The translations under genes and the position numbers were made by a program. Shown here one piece after another: positions 16,780 to 25,511 of a stretch of 64,000 nt of DNA. The notes under the pieces were generated by a model. It saw only the letters and a program-made list of their open reading frames with translations, was not told the DNA's origin and did no database searches. The stretch comes from an uncultured bacterium (GTDB lineage Bacteria; Chlamydiota; Chlamydiia; Chlamydiales; SM23-39). Numbering within the stretch: position 1 is the first letter of the stretch; each line of letters opens with the position of its first letter. The stretch is from NCBI GenBank assembly GCA_964351495.1, contig CAYGOC010000001.1, forward strand, positions 31,036-95,035. The letters are read 5' to 3'.

Positions 16780-18168
16780 ATGGAGAAAAAAAAGCATTTG
16801 AGCATCTTTTTACTGGCCATGATGAATGTGGCCATTATTCTCAGCTTAAGAGGACTTCCCTTAATGGCAAAAGAGGGGCTCTCTTTAGTTTTTTATCTTA
16901 CTTTCTCTTTAGTGGTTTTTTTGATTCCTACAGCTTTGGTTTCTGCAGAGCTGGCTTCAGGATGGCCTGAAGAGGGAGGCGTTTTTCGATGGGTTTCTGA
17001 AGCTTTTGGAGAAAGATTTGGGTTTACCGCTATATGGCTTCAATGGCTACAAAATATCTTCTGGTACCCTACCGTTCTCTCTTTTGCGGCCGCTACTTTA
17101 TCCTACCTTTTTTCTCGCCCGGAACTAGCTGAAAACCCTATGTATAACGTAATCACTATCTCCGTAATATATTGGGGTTCTATCATACTAAGCCTGCGAG
17201 GAATTCAGTTTTCCAGCTGGTTATCTTCTATAGGAGCCCTTGTTGGAACTATCTTGCCTGCTTTTTGCATTATATGTTTAGGAATCATCTGGTTTTTTTC
17301 CGGAAATAGCTCCTCTATTGATATGAAAAGCTCTTGGATTCCTGATCTTCATAGTTTTTCCAACGTTTCACTCCTTGGAGGAATTGTTCTTTTATTTGCC
17401 GGAATTGAAGTAAATGCGGTGCACGTAAAAGAAGTAAAAGACCCTACCAAATCCTTTCCTAAAGCAATCTTACTATCGGTAATTTTGATTTTTTTTCTTT
17501 TTTTTCTAGGCTCTTTTTCTATTGCAACCGTTCTAGCTCCTTCTGAAATCAGCTTAACTGCCGGTCTTATGCAAGCTTTTTCCCGGTTTTTACAGCTTTA
17601 TAATCTAGGATGGCTTACACCTGTTTTAGGTCTTTTTATCTCTTTTGGCGTACTGGGAGGAATTGCCGCCTGGATAGTAGGTCCTAGTAAAGGCCTTTTA
17701 GAAACCGCTAAAAAAGGACTTTTGCCTTCTTTTCTAGCTTATAAAAACAGAAGAGATGTTCCTTCTCATATTTTGATTACCCAAGGCCTTATCGTAACGT
17801 TATTATCCCAAGTCTACTTAATCATGCCTACTGTAAGTAGCGCCTTTTTTCTTCTTTCCGATCTCACCGTCATTTTATACCTTGTCATGTATCTTTTGAT
17901 GTTTGCTTCGGCTCTTTACTTACGATATAAAGAGCCTGAAAAGGAAAGGATTTATAAGGTTCCAGGGGGAATCTATGGCATGTGGTTTGTTTGCCTTTTA
18001 GGAATGCTGGGAGCTTTATTTGCTATCTTTATCGGGTTTTTTCCCCCTAGTCAAATCAAAGTAGTCAAAGAGACTTTTTACGTAGGATTTCTAGCAGTAG
18101 GTCTTTTCATCTCCGTAACAATTCCACAAATCATCGTCTCTGTAAAAAAGAGAAAAAATCGTGGGTAA
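16780..18168 (+). CDS. gadC: APC-superfamily amino-acid antiporter (glutamate:GABA antiporter GadC-like)
   Basis: 462 aa with about 12 TM segments. The N-terminus 'LSIFLLAMMNVAIILSLRGLPLMAKEGLSLVFYL...PTALVSAELASGWPEEGGVFRWV' is typical of the GadC/APC family. It overlaps the downstream decarboxylase gene by 8 nt. The symbol is assigned from gene context. Confidence 0.72.
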   Translation: MEKKKHLSIFLLAMMNVAIILSLRGLPLMAKEGLSLVFYLTFSLVVFLIPTALVSAELASGWPEEGGVFRWVSEAFGERFGFTAIWLQWLQNIFWYPTVLSFAAATLSYLFSRPELAENPMYNVITISVIYWGSIILSLRGIQFSSWLSSIGALVGTILPAFCIICLGIIWFFSGNSSSIDMKSSWIPDLHSFSNVSLLGGIVLLFAGIEVNAVHVKEVKDPTKSFPKAILLSVILIFFLFFLGSFSIATVLAPSEISLTAGLMQAFSRFLQLYNLGWLTPVLGLFISFGVLGGIAAWIVGPSKGLLETAKKGLLPSFLAYKNRRDVPSHILITQGLIVTLLSQVYLIMPTVSSAFFLLSDLTVILYLVMYLLMFASALYLRYKEPEKERIYKVPGGIYGMWFVCLLGMLGALFAIFIGFFPPSQIKVVKETFYVGFLAVGLFISVTIPQIIVSVKKRKNRG

Positions 18169-19528
18169 AAAAAGAAAAAATCTTTCCTCAAAAGGGCACG
18201 CCAGTACTTACAGCAGCAGGTACTTTTCTGAGCCAGTACCGAAGTTTTTATTCCCAGAAGAAGGAATGCCTTCTAATGCAGCCTATCAATTAGTACATGA
18301 TGAATTAAACATGGATGGCAACCCCTCTTTAAATTTGGCCAGCTTTGTAACTACTTGGATGGAACCGGAAGCTATAAAATTGATTGGAGAAAACATCCAT
18401 AAAAACTTTATTGATCACGATGAATACCCACAAATCCAAGTAATTCATCAGCGATGCATTTATATGCTATCGAACCTGTTTCATATGCCAGATGTTTCTA
18501 AAGGACTTGGCTCTGCCACTATTGGCTCTTCTGAGGCTATTATGCTCTCTCTTTTAGCGCACAAGTGGAATTTTAAGAAAAAAAACAAAAAAGGAACTCC
18601 TAATATAATTTTTGGAGCCGAAGCCCATGTATGCTGGGAAAAGTTTGCCCGATATTTCGATGTAGAAATGAGACTAATCCCTCTACAAAAAAATCGCTAT
18701 GTACTTTCTAAATCTGAAGTAGCCAAAAGAATTGATGAAAATACCATATGCGTAGGAGTCATTTTAGGAACTACCTACACAGGACAACTAGATCCTGTAG
18801 AAGAAATCAATGACCTACTTATAAAGATAAAAAAAGAGAAAGGATGGGATATCCCCATTCACATAGATGCAGCCAGTGGTGGTTTTATTCTCCCTTTTAC
18901 CGAACCGAAATTTCGATGGGATTTTAGATTACAACAAGTAAAGTCTATTAACGTATCCGGACATAAATATGGCCTTGTTTTTCCCGGTATTGGATGGATG
19001 CTTTTTAAAGAAGCAAAAGACTTTCCCAAAGAGCTTGTTTTCAAAGTAAACTATTTAGGAGACTGGATGCCCACCTACACGCTAAACTTTTCCTGCAATA
19101 GCGTAAATGTAATAGCGCAGTACTATAATTTTTTAAGACTGGGAAAAAAGGGTTATAAAAACATCATGCAAAACTGCCTAAAAAACAGCCAATACTTGGC
19201 AAAACTTTTAGAAAAAGAAGGCTCCTTTTCTATGATCTCAAAAGCTACAAGGCTGCCCATAATTGCCATGCAGCTAAAAAAACCCCTCCAATATAGTGCC
19301 TTTGATTTATCTCATAAACTACGAGAAAGAGGATGGATTGTCTCTGCTTACACACTTCCTCCAAAAGCCGAGAAAACAGCCATTATGAGAATTGTTGTAA
19401 AAGAAAACTTTAGTAGGGATATGGCCGAAATCCTATACAAAGATATCTGCCGAGCTACTAAAGAGCTTTCCCTCAAAAAAGCTCCTAAAAAGCCTAAAAC
19501 AGAGGGAAAACACCATCCTATTTGCTAG
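18161..19528 (+). CDS. gadB: Glutamate decarboxylase (PLP-dependent, group II)
   Basis: 455 aa. 'DELNMDGNPSLNLASFVTTWMEPEAIKL...NFIDHDEYPQ' parallels E. coli GadB ('[20 protein letters not shown]...NWIDKEEYPQ'). The PLP-lysine motif is 'NVSGHKYGLVFPGIGWMLF'. The start is a GTG. Confidence 0.9.
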   Translation: MGKKRKNLSSKGHASTYSSRYFSEPVPKFLFPEEGMPSNAAYQLVHDELNMDGNPSLNLASFVTTWMEPEAIKLIGENIHKNFIDHDEYPQIQVIHQRCIYMLSNLFHMPDVSKGLGSATIGSSEAIMLSLLAHKWNFKKKNKKGTPNIIFGAEAHVCWEKFARYFDVEMRLIPLQKNRYVLSKSEVAKRIDENTICVGVILGTTYTGQLDPVEEINDLLIKIKKEKGWDIPIHIDAASGGFILPFTEPKFRWDFRLQQVKSINVSGHKYGLVFPGIGWMLFKEAKDFPKELVFKVNYLGDWMPTYTLNFSCNSVNVIAQYYNFLRLGKKGYKNIMQNCLKNSQYLAKLLEKEGSFSMISKATRLPIIAMQLKKPLQYSAFDLSHKLRERGWIVSAYTLPPKAEKTAIMRIVVKENFSRDMAEILYKDICRATKELSLKKAPKKPKTEGKHHPIC

Positions 19529-19588
19529 CTTACATCTATAAACAACTCATAAAGAGATGGTTAAATCCATTTTCTGTATAGAAAAAAG

Positions 19589-19617
19589 TTGACTTTTTAT
19601 GGGAAATATGCGATAAT
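19589..19617 (+). promoter_or_regulatory. Sigma-70-like promoter
   Basis: The -35 TTGACT (19589-19594) and -10 GATAAT (19612-19617) are separated by a 17-nt spacer. The -10 ends 9 nt upstream of the ATG at 19627. Confidence 0.45.
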
Positions 19618-19626
19618 GTCTCCCTT

Positions 19627-20325
19627 ATGAAAAGTTTTTTTGACCGTATATCCTTTCCTTCTTTTAAGGAGTTAGAACCAGGGGAGTTCCCTTTTTGGAA
19701 ACTCTACCAGCTCTCCCTTTATAGCTCCTCTTTGAAGAAAGAACCTATAAAGCTCCCTTTCTTTGTAGCTTTTCCTCAAATTTCAGGGGTTTTTCAACCC
19801 TTTTACCTGCTGCCTTCCTTCTTCTCCCTTTTTTCCGGAAAAAAGGATCCCTATTTTTTAAAAGAAGGAGAAAAAGAGAAAAAAAAACAGAGTTTACACA
19901 CAAAAGATTTTCCCTCTTTTTTTGAGGGGGTTTTAATAGAAGATAAAGAAGGAGCCCTTCTTCTTGAATTAAAGCCTTTATACGCAAAAATTCTCTCTTC
20001 GTATTTTTCCCTTTCTAAAGACTCTTTTTCTATTTTAGTAATGACAAAAGAAGAAAGAAACAGCTTAGCCCTTCCTATCTCCTCTGAAATAGGAAAGAGT
20101 TTTTCTTTTTCTTTAGAAGATCTTTTTGAAGTGAACCTCTCTTTTAACAAGAAAAAGCTGCAGTTCATAAAAGTAAAAGCTCCTTCTTTAGAGGTCCTTA
20201 GAGAAAGATACCTTCTTCCCTCTAAGGTTAAAGGGAGAGCTTTTTTTATTCCTATAAAAGAGACCCCTTTAAAAAAGAGTTCTTCTTTCTTTTGTAAAAT
20301 CAACCCCGCTTCTTTGAGCGCTTAG
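19627..20325 (+). CDS. Hypothetical protein (232 aa, F/S/L/K-rich, no recognised family)
   Basis: An ATG ORF sits directly behind a good promoter match. The composition is biased, and long antisense ORFs exist on the other strand, so the choice of strand is tentative. It overlaps the ligA stop codon by 4 nt. Confidence 0.45.
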   Translation: MKSFFDRISFPSFKELEPGEFPFWKLYQLSLYSSSLKKEPIKLPFFVAFPQISGVFQPFYLLPSFFSLFSGKKDPYFLKEGEKEKKKQSLHTKDFPSFFEGVLIEDKEGALLLELKPLYAKILSSYFSLSKDSFSILVMTKEERNSLALPISSEIGKSFSFSLEDLFEVNLSFNKKKLQFIKVKAPSLEVLRERYLLPSKVKGRAFFIPIKETPLKKSSSFFCKINPASLSA

Positions 20326-22319
20326 AGTAGAGACTGAAACTTCTTTTCTGACAAAATAGGAACTTGTAGTTTTTTTGCTTTTTCATATTTAGATCCAGGA
20401 TCTTCTCCTAAAAGTAAAAAGTCTGTTTTAGCGCTAACAGAACTTGCCACTTTACCCCCTCTTTCTTTGATTAAAAGAGCTGCTTCTTGCCTGGAGAAAT
20501 TTTCCAACGTACCTGTCAATACAAACGTTTTTCCGGAAAAAAGATGGCTTGTTACCTTTTTTTCTACCTTTTTAAGAACCAGCCCATAAGTAAAAAGACG
20601 GTGTATCTCTTCTTGATTTGTCTTGTTTTGGAAAAAGGAAAATACGGACTGCGCTACCTTTTCTCCCACACCTTCTAACTCTAAAAGGGTTTCTAAAGAG
20701 CTATTTTGAATATCTTCTAAAGATCCCAAAGAAGCTAACACCTCTGCAGTTTCTTCCCCTACGTAAGGAATCCCCAAAGCGCATAAAAATCGAGAAAGGG
20801 TTGGAGTTTTTGACTTTTCAATACTAGAAAGTAAGTTCCGGATCGATTTTTCTTTGAAGCCCTCTATGTTAGAAAGAGCCTCTTTATCTAAAAGATATAT
20901 ATCAGAAAACCTTCTTACAAGACCTAGTTCAAACAATTTCTCAGTTACCTTAATTCCCATATGCTCAATGTCCAACCCCCCTTTAGAGGCAAAGAAGACA
21001 ATTTTTCTAAACATCTGTCCCCCACAAGTCTTATTAGAACAGCGAATAGCCACCTCCCCCTCTACATGAACAACAGGGCTATGACATATAGGACATATTT
21101 TGGGGAAAACCCATTTCCGGGTCTCCTTGTTCCTTTTTTCTATAAGAACCCGTACTACTTTAGGGATTACATCCCCTCCTTTTTCGATTATAACATGGTC
21201 CTGAATGCGAATATCTTTTCTTTCGATTTCTTCTATGTTATGCAAGGTTGCTCTTTTAATAGTACTTCCCGCTAAAAAAACCGGCTTTAATTCGGCAATA
21301 GGAGTGAGAACCCCGGTTCTTCCTACTTGTACGGTAATAGCCTCTACCTCCGTTTCTGCTTGTTCCGGGGCATACTTATAAGCAACAGCAAACCGGGGAA
21401 ACTTCCCGGTAGCTCCCAGCCTTTTGTGAAAAGAGAGATCATCTACCTTAATTACAATCCCATCAATTTGAAAAGGAAGGGAGCTTCTTTTCTTTCCCAC
21501 CTCTTCAATAAAAGAAAAAATCTCCTCCAAAGAAGAGGCTCTTTGGTAAAAAGATTTTTCTAAAACAGGAAGGCCCTCTTTTCGTAAAAAAGTAGAGACT
21601 TCATATTGTGTTTTGATAGTTTGTGTATCCTGTAAAACAGCATAGCAGGCCATCTTTAGTTTTCTTTTTTTAACCTCTTTAGCATCGAGTAGTTTTAAAG
21701 AACCCGCTGCCGCATTTCTGGGGTTGGCCCAAGGCTCTAACCCCTCTTCCTCTCTTTGCGCATTTAAAAGATGAAAGGTCTCTATCTCCATAAAAACCTC
21801 TCCCCTTACCTCTATATCTTCTCGAAATGAAGGAAGAGTTTTAGGAATAGAAGAAATCTGCTTTATATTTTCGGTAATATCATCTCCAAACTTTCCATCT
21901 CCCCTAGTCAAAGCCCTAACTAGCTTCCCCTTCTCATAAGAAAGAGATAAAGCAATACCATCTAATTTAAGCTCAGAACAAAAGAAAAGAGAATCCACCG
22001 AAAGAATTCTTTTTACTCTGTTTATAAACTGCTCTACCTCTTCTTTAGAGTAGGTATTGGCTAAAGAGAGCATAGGAGCCTTGTGAGGCTTTTGCAAAAA
22101 CCCTTTAGAAATAGCCTCTCCTATTTTCTGAGAAGGGGAATCTACCGATATTTTGTCTGGATTTTCTAGTTCGTACGCTTCCAGGCTTTTTACAAGAAGA
22201 TCAAACTCATAGTCGGAAATTACAGGCTTACTTTCTTGAAAGTAGAGCCTATTATGCTTTTTGATCTCTTCAATAAGTTCCAGGTATTCTTCTTCTGTTT
22301 TAATCTTTCGAAAAGGCAT
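20322..22319 (-). CDS. ligA: NAD-dependent DNA ligase
   Basis: 665 aa. It has the adenylation motif 'CELKLDGIALSL', the Zn-finger cysteines 'CPICHSPV...CSNKTC', HhH repeats, and a C-terminal BRCT ('GKTFVLTGTL...SR.EA...I...GGKV..SVS.KT'). Confidence 0.95.
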   Translation of the reverse strand: MPFRKIKTEEEYLELIEEIKKHNRLYFQESKPVISDYEFDLLVKSLEAYELENPDKISVDSPSQKIGEAISKGFLQKPHKAPMLSLANTYSKEEVEQFINRVKRILSVDSLFFCSELKLDGIALSLSYEKGKLVRALTRGDGKFGDDITENIKQISSIPKTLPSFREDIEVRGEVFMEIETFHLLNAQREEEGLEPWANPRNAAAGSLKLLDAKEVKKRKLKMACYAVLQDTQTIKTQYEVSTFLRKEGLPVLEKSFYQRASSLEEIFSFIEEVGKKRSSLPFQIDGIVIKVDDLSFHKRLGATGKFPRFAVAYKYAPEQAETEVEAITVQVGRTGVLTPIAELKPVFLAGSTIKRATLHNIEEIERKDIRIQDHVIIEKGGDVIPKVVRVLIEKRNKETRKWVFPKICPICHSPVVHVEGEVAIRCSNKTCGGQMFRKIVFFASKGGLDIEHMGIKVTEKLFELGLVRRFSDIYLLDKEALSNIEGFKEKSIRNLLSSIEKSKTPTLSRFLCALGIPYVGEETAEVLASLGSLEDIQNSSLETLLELEGVGEKVAQSVFSFFQNKTNQEEIHRLFTYGLVLKKVEKKVTSHLFSGKTFVLTGTLENFSRQEAALLIKERGGKVASSVSAKTDFLLLGEDPGSKYEKAKKLQVPILSEKKFQSLL

Positions 22320-22424
22320 CTCTTCTTTACTCCCCTATAAATCTTAAAAGATTTGCCTATTTCCGACAAAAGCAAGTTACAACCAAACAAGCTTTCAAAA
22401 AAGAAGCATGAAAAGCAACTAACC

Positions 22425-24584
22425 TCAATCCGAAGTAGGTAGGTTGTTTACTACCTCAAAAACCAGCGTAGAAAGAGGCGGTAAATAGACTTTTACCCCT
22501 TGGATAAGCCCTTTATCATCATAGACTTTTCTTTCTTGTTCTCCTTTTTCTTCTGCATACAGACTCACGTTAAAAAGACTCTTTAAATCCTCTTTTATAG
22601 GAAGAAAAAAAGAGGGCAAAAAAGAATCTGAAAAATGGTGCACAACCAAAAGCTTTTGTGTACTGGAGACTCGGAAGTAAGCAATCACTTCTTTAGGCTC
22701 TTTTGTATGATGAACCCAAGTAAACCCCTCCCTTTCAAAGTCTTTCTCCCAAAGGGCACTATTTTTCTGATAAAAAAGATTAAGCTCTTTACATATCTGA
22801 TGCACTTTTCTATGAGGCTCTTTTTTTAGAAGGTCCCAATCTAGACTGCTTTTAGCATCCCACTCTTGTTTTTGGGCAAATTCTACCCCCATAAAACTGA
22901 GTTTTTTTCCCGTGCTAAAAATAAAATAGCTATAAAGAAGAAGGATATTGCTTGCTTTTTCTTTTTCCGTACCGGGCATTTTATCCCAAAGACTTTTACA
23001 TCCTAAAGCAACCTCATCATGAGAAATAGGGAGAAGAAACTTTTCGTCATAATCATAGAGCATTTTAAACGAGAGTTTTTGTTGGTGTTTCTTTCTTTTC
23101 ACAGGAGTAAGAGAAAAATAATGGAGCGTATCAAAAGTCCATCCTAAGTTCCATTTCATATCAAAACCAAGACCTCCCTTGTTTACAGGGGTGGTAACCC
23201 CTTTAAAAGAGGTTCCTTCTTCTGCAATCATTAAGACATCGGGAACTTTTTCTTTGACCATGGTATTCAGCCTTTGTAAAAAGGCCTTTGCTTCTAAGTT
23301 ATATCTTTCTCCATAAATATTGGGGGACCATTCCCCCGGTTTTTTATAAAAGTCTAAAAAAAGCATAGAAGAGACTGCATCTACCCGAATCCCATCTACA
23401 TGCATCTTTTGACACCAAAAAAGGACACTGGAAATTAAAAAGTTTTGCACCTCTTTTTTTTGATAGTCAAAAACCAACGTGTTCCATTTTAGCTGCTTTC
23501 TTTTTTGAAGATCCTCATATTCAAACAAAGAGGAACCATCAAAACTGGCTAAAGCAAAGCTATCTTCCGGAAAATGGGCCGGAGACCAGTCTAAAATAAC
23601 TCCAATTCCTTCCCTATGCAAATAATCGATAAAATACTGAAAATCTTCCGGAGATCCAAAGCGGGAAGTAGGCGCAAAAAACCCCACAATTTGATATCCC
23701 CAAGATTCATCTAAAGGGTGCTCCATAATGGGTAAAAGCTCTACATAGTTAAAATGCATCTCTTTTACGTAAGAGGTTAACTTTTCTGCTAAATCTCTAT
23801 AACTATAAAACCCCTCCCCTTTTTTCAACCAAGACCCTAAATGAACCTCATAAATATTCATCGGTTCTTTTTGAAAGTCCTTTTTTTTCCGAGATTCCAT
23901 CCAGGTTTGATCCTGCCAAGAAAAGTTGTGCTTATACACAACAGGCGTTAAAGAGGGCCTTTTTTTTTGGAAAAATGCAAAAGGGTCATTTTTTCGAACT
24001 CTCAAACCTCTAGAGCTGTGAATTTCAAACTGATAAGAAGCTCCTTCTTCTACACCTGGGATAAAGATTTCAAAAACACCGGAGGGGTTTAACCTTCTCA
24101 TAGGATGAATTTTCCCATTCCAGTTATTAAAATCTCCCACTACAGAGGCCCCTATTGCTTGAGGGGCCCAAACACAAAAAAGAGTCCCTTTGATTCCCTC
24201 TTTTTCTAAGGGAGTAGCCCCCATTTTTTCATATAAAAAAGGGTGAAATCCTTCTGTAAAAAGCCTCTGTTCTTTTTCCCCAAAAAAAGGAGAGAAATTG
24301 TAAGGATCATGCGCTTTCAATCCACTAGGATATAAAATTTGATACTCAAAAGCCTCTATTTTTTCTTCTGTTTCATAAGAAAAAAGGCCCTCTTCATGCA
24401 GTAAGAAAAGAGGCTTTTTTTTTCCTTTTAGCTCAATGAAAGCCTCTTTTTCTCCCGGAATCCAAATATGAATTTTTTTTTTAAAAGGACCTTTTTCCTG
24501 TAGTCCAAGATAGGCATGAGGATCGTCTTGAAATAGAAGAGATAGTTTTTTTACTATTTTTTCTAACTCTTCTGAAAAAGACAT
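22425..24584 (-). CDS. glgB: 1,4-alpha-glucan branching enzyme (GH13)
   Basis: 719 aa. GH13 conserved regions are 'GVILDWSPAHF', 'DGIRVDAVSSML', 'MIAEEGTSF' and 'LPISHDEV'. The start lies 6 nt downstream of the cyoD-like stop codon. Confidence 0.92.
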   Translation of the reverse strand: MSFSEELEKIVKKLSLLFQDDPHAYLGLQEKGPFKKKIHIWIPGEKEAFIELKGKKKPLFLLHEEGLFSYETEEKIEAFEYQILYPSGLKAHDPYNFSPFFGEKEQRLFTEGFHPFLYEKMGATPLEKEGIKGTLFCVWAPQAIGASVVGDFNNWNGKIHPMRRLNPSGVFEIFIPGVEEGASYQFEIHSSRGLRVRKNDPFAFFQKKRPSLTPVVYKHNFSWQDQTWMESRKKKDFQKEPMNIYEVHLGSWLKKGEGFYSYRDLAEKLTSYVKEMHFNYVELLPIMEHPLDESWGYQIVGFFAPTSRFGSPEDFQYFIDYLHREGIGVILDWSPAHFPEDSFALASFDGSSLFEYEDLQKRKQLKWNTLVFDYQKKEVQNFLISSVLFWCQKMHVDGIRVDAVSSMLFLDFYKKPGEWSPNIYGERYNLEAKAFLQRLNTMVKEKVPDVLMIAEEGTSFKGVTTPVNKGGLGFDMKWNLGWTFDTLHYFSLTPVKRKKHQQKLSFKMLYDYDEKFLLPISHDEVALGCKSLWDKMPGTEKEKASNILLLYSYFIFSTGKKLSFMGVEFAQKQEWDAKSSLDWDLLKKEPHRKVHQICKELNLFYQKNSALWEKDFEREGFTWVHHTKEPKEVIAYFRVSSTQKLLVVHHFSDSFLPSFFLPIKEDLKSLFNVSLYAEEKGEQERKVYDDKGLIQGVKVYLPPLSTLVFEVVNNLPTSD

Positions 24585-24590
24585 CCCCTT

Positions 24591-24911
24591 TTACTCCATC
24601 GGCATTGCGTTATAATTTATATTGTGCATGATCCAAATAGAGCCGCTTACCACAATAAAAATCACAAGTACCATGAAAAAAAAAAGCATTAAATTCCATC
24701 TGGGTTTGCTCTCGATCCCTAAATGAAGAAAAAAAATGAGCTGTATAAGAGCTTGAAAAACCGCAAGTGTCATTAAAATAAAATCTAAATCTTTGCCTAA
24801 AAAAATCGTGTGTTTTGCAAAAAGATAGGAAAATAGAAGAAAGGAAAAAGAGACAATTCCCCCTCCTATAAGAGGTTTAAAACTTAAGTTCCATCTATGT
24901 TTTAAATCCAT
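24591..24911 (-). CDS. cyoD: Quinol oxidase subunit IV (CyoD/QoxD-like)
   Basis: 106 aa with 3 TM segments. It occupies the last position in the oxidase operon, and its size and topology fit CyoD. Confidence 0.7.
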   Translation of the reverse strand: MDLKHRWNLSFKPLIGGGIVSFSFLLFSYLFAKHTIFLGKDLDFILMTLAVFQALIQLIFFLHLGIESKPRWNLMLFFFMVLVIFIVVSGSIWIMHNINYNAMPME

Positions 24912-24923
24912 ATTTCAAGTCCT

Positions 24924-25511
24924 TCATCTCATAAGGTAAACTAGGGTAAAAATAAAAATCCAAATCACGTTTAAAAACTGCCAAAAGAGTTTTAAACAGG
25001 TAAGCCTTCTTACGTCCGTCAAATGAATCGGATTTTTTATCAAAGGAGCTAAAAAAACCAAAACCCAAAGAAGCGCAAAAAACACATGCACTCCATGGGT
25101 GGCCACTATAGTAAAATAGATGGAAAGAAAGGCATTTTTCTCCCAGCTATTACCCCCTTGTATCAAATGGGAAAACTCAAAAAGCTGCAAAGAAAAGAAA
25201 AGAAGCCCTAAAAAAAAAGTAATGCCCCACCCAATAAAGGCTCCTTTTCTCCTTCTTTTATGAACAAAGACACCTGCTACTCCAGAAAAAAAACTGGCTA
25301 AAAAAAGAATCGTTGCCTGAAAAAAAGAATAGGAAAGCCCCATTAACTGTTTGTGTAAAGAAAACACCCCTTCTGTTGTTTGCAAAACAGCATAGGTAGC
25401 AAAAAGGGCAGAAAACATAATAAAATCGCTAATCAGATACAGCCAAAAACCAAATAGAGTTTTAGAATAGCTATCTTGGTGCGGATCTGGCATCTCTAAG
25501 GTGTCATTCAT
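24924..25511 (-). CDS. cyoC: Quinol oxidase subunit III (CyoC/QoxC-like)
   Basis: 195 aa with 5 TM segments. Heme-copper oxidase subunit III-like features are 'FGFWLYLISDFIMFSALFATY' and 'THGVHVFFALLWV'. It overlaps subunit I by 4 nt. Confidence 0.85.
   Translation of the reverse strand: MNDTLEMPDPHQDSYSKTLFGFWLYLISDFIMFSALFATYAVLQTTEGVFSLHKQLMGLSYSFFQATILFLASFFSGVAGVFVHKRRRKGAFIGWGITFFLGLLFFSLQLFEFSHLIQGGNSWEKNAFLSIYFTIVATHGVHVFFALLWVLVFLAPLIKNPIHLTDVRRLTCLKLFWQFLNVIWIFIFTLVYLMR

Noticed and set aside
19745-20303. Minus-strand ORFs of 80 and 150 aa, antisense to the 232-aa hypothetical gene
   Set aside because: They have no promoter or RBS context, and they would collide with ligA on the same strand. 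I kept the plus-strand ORF because of the promoter match and its ATG. The strand assignment remains uncertain (see findings).
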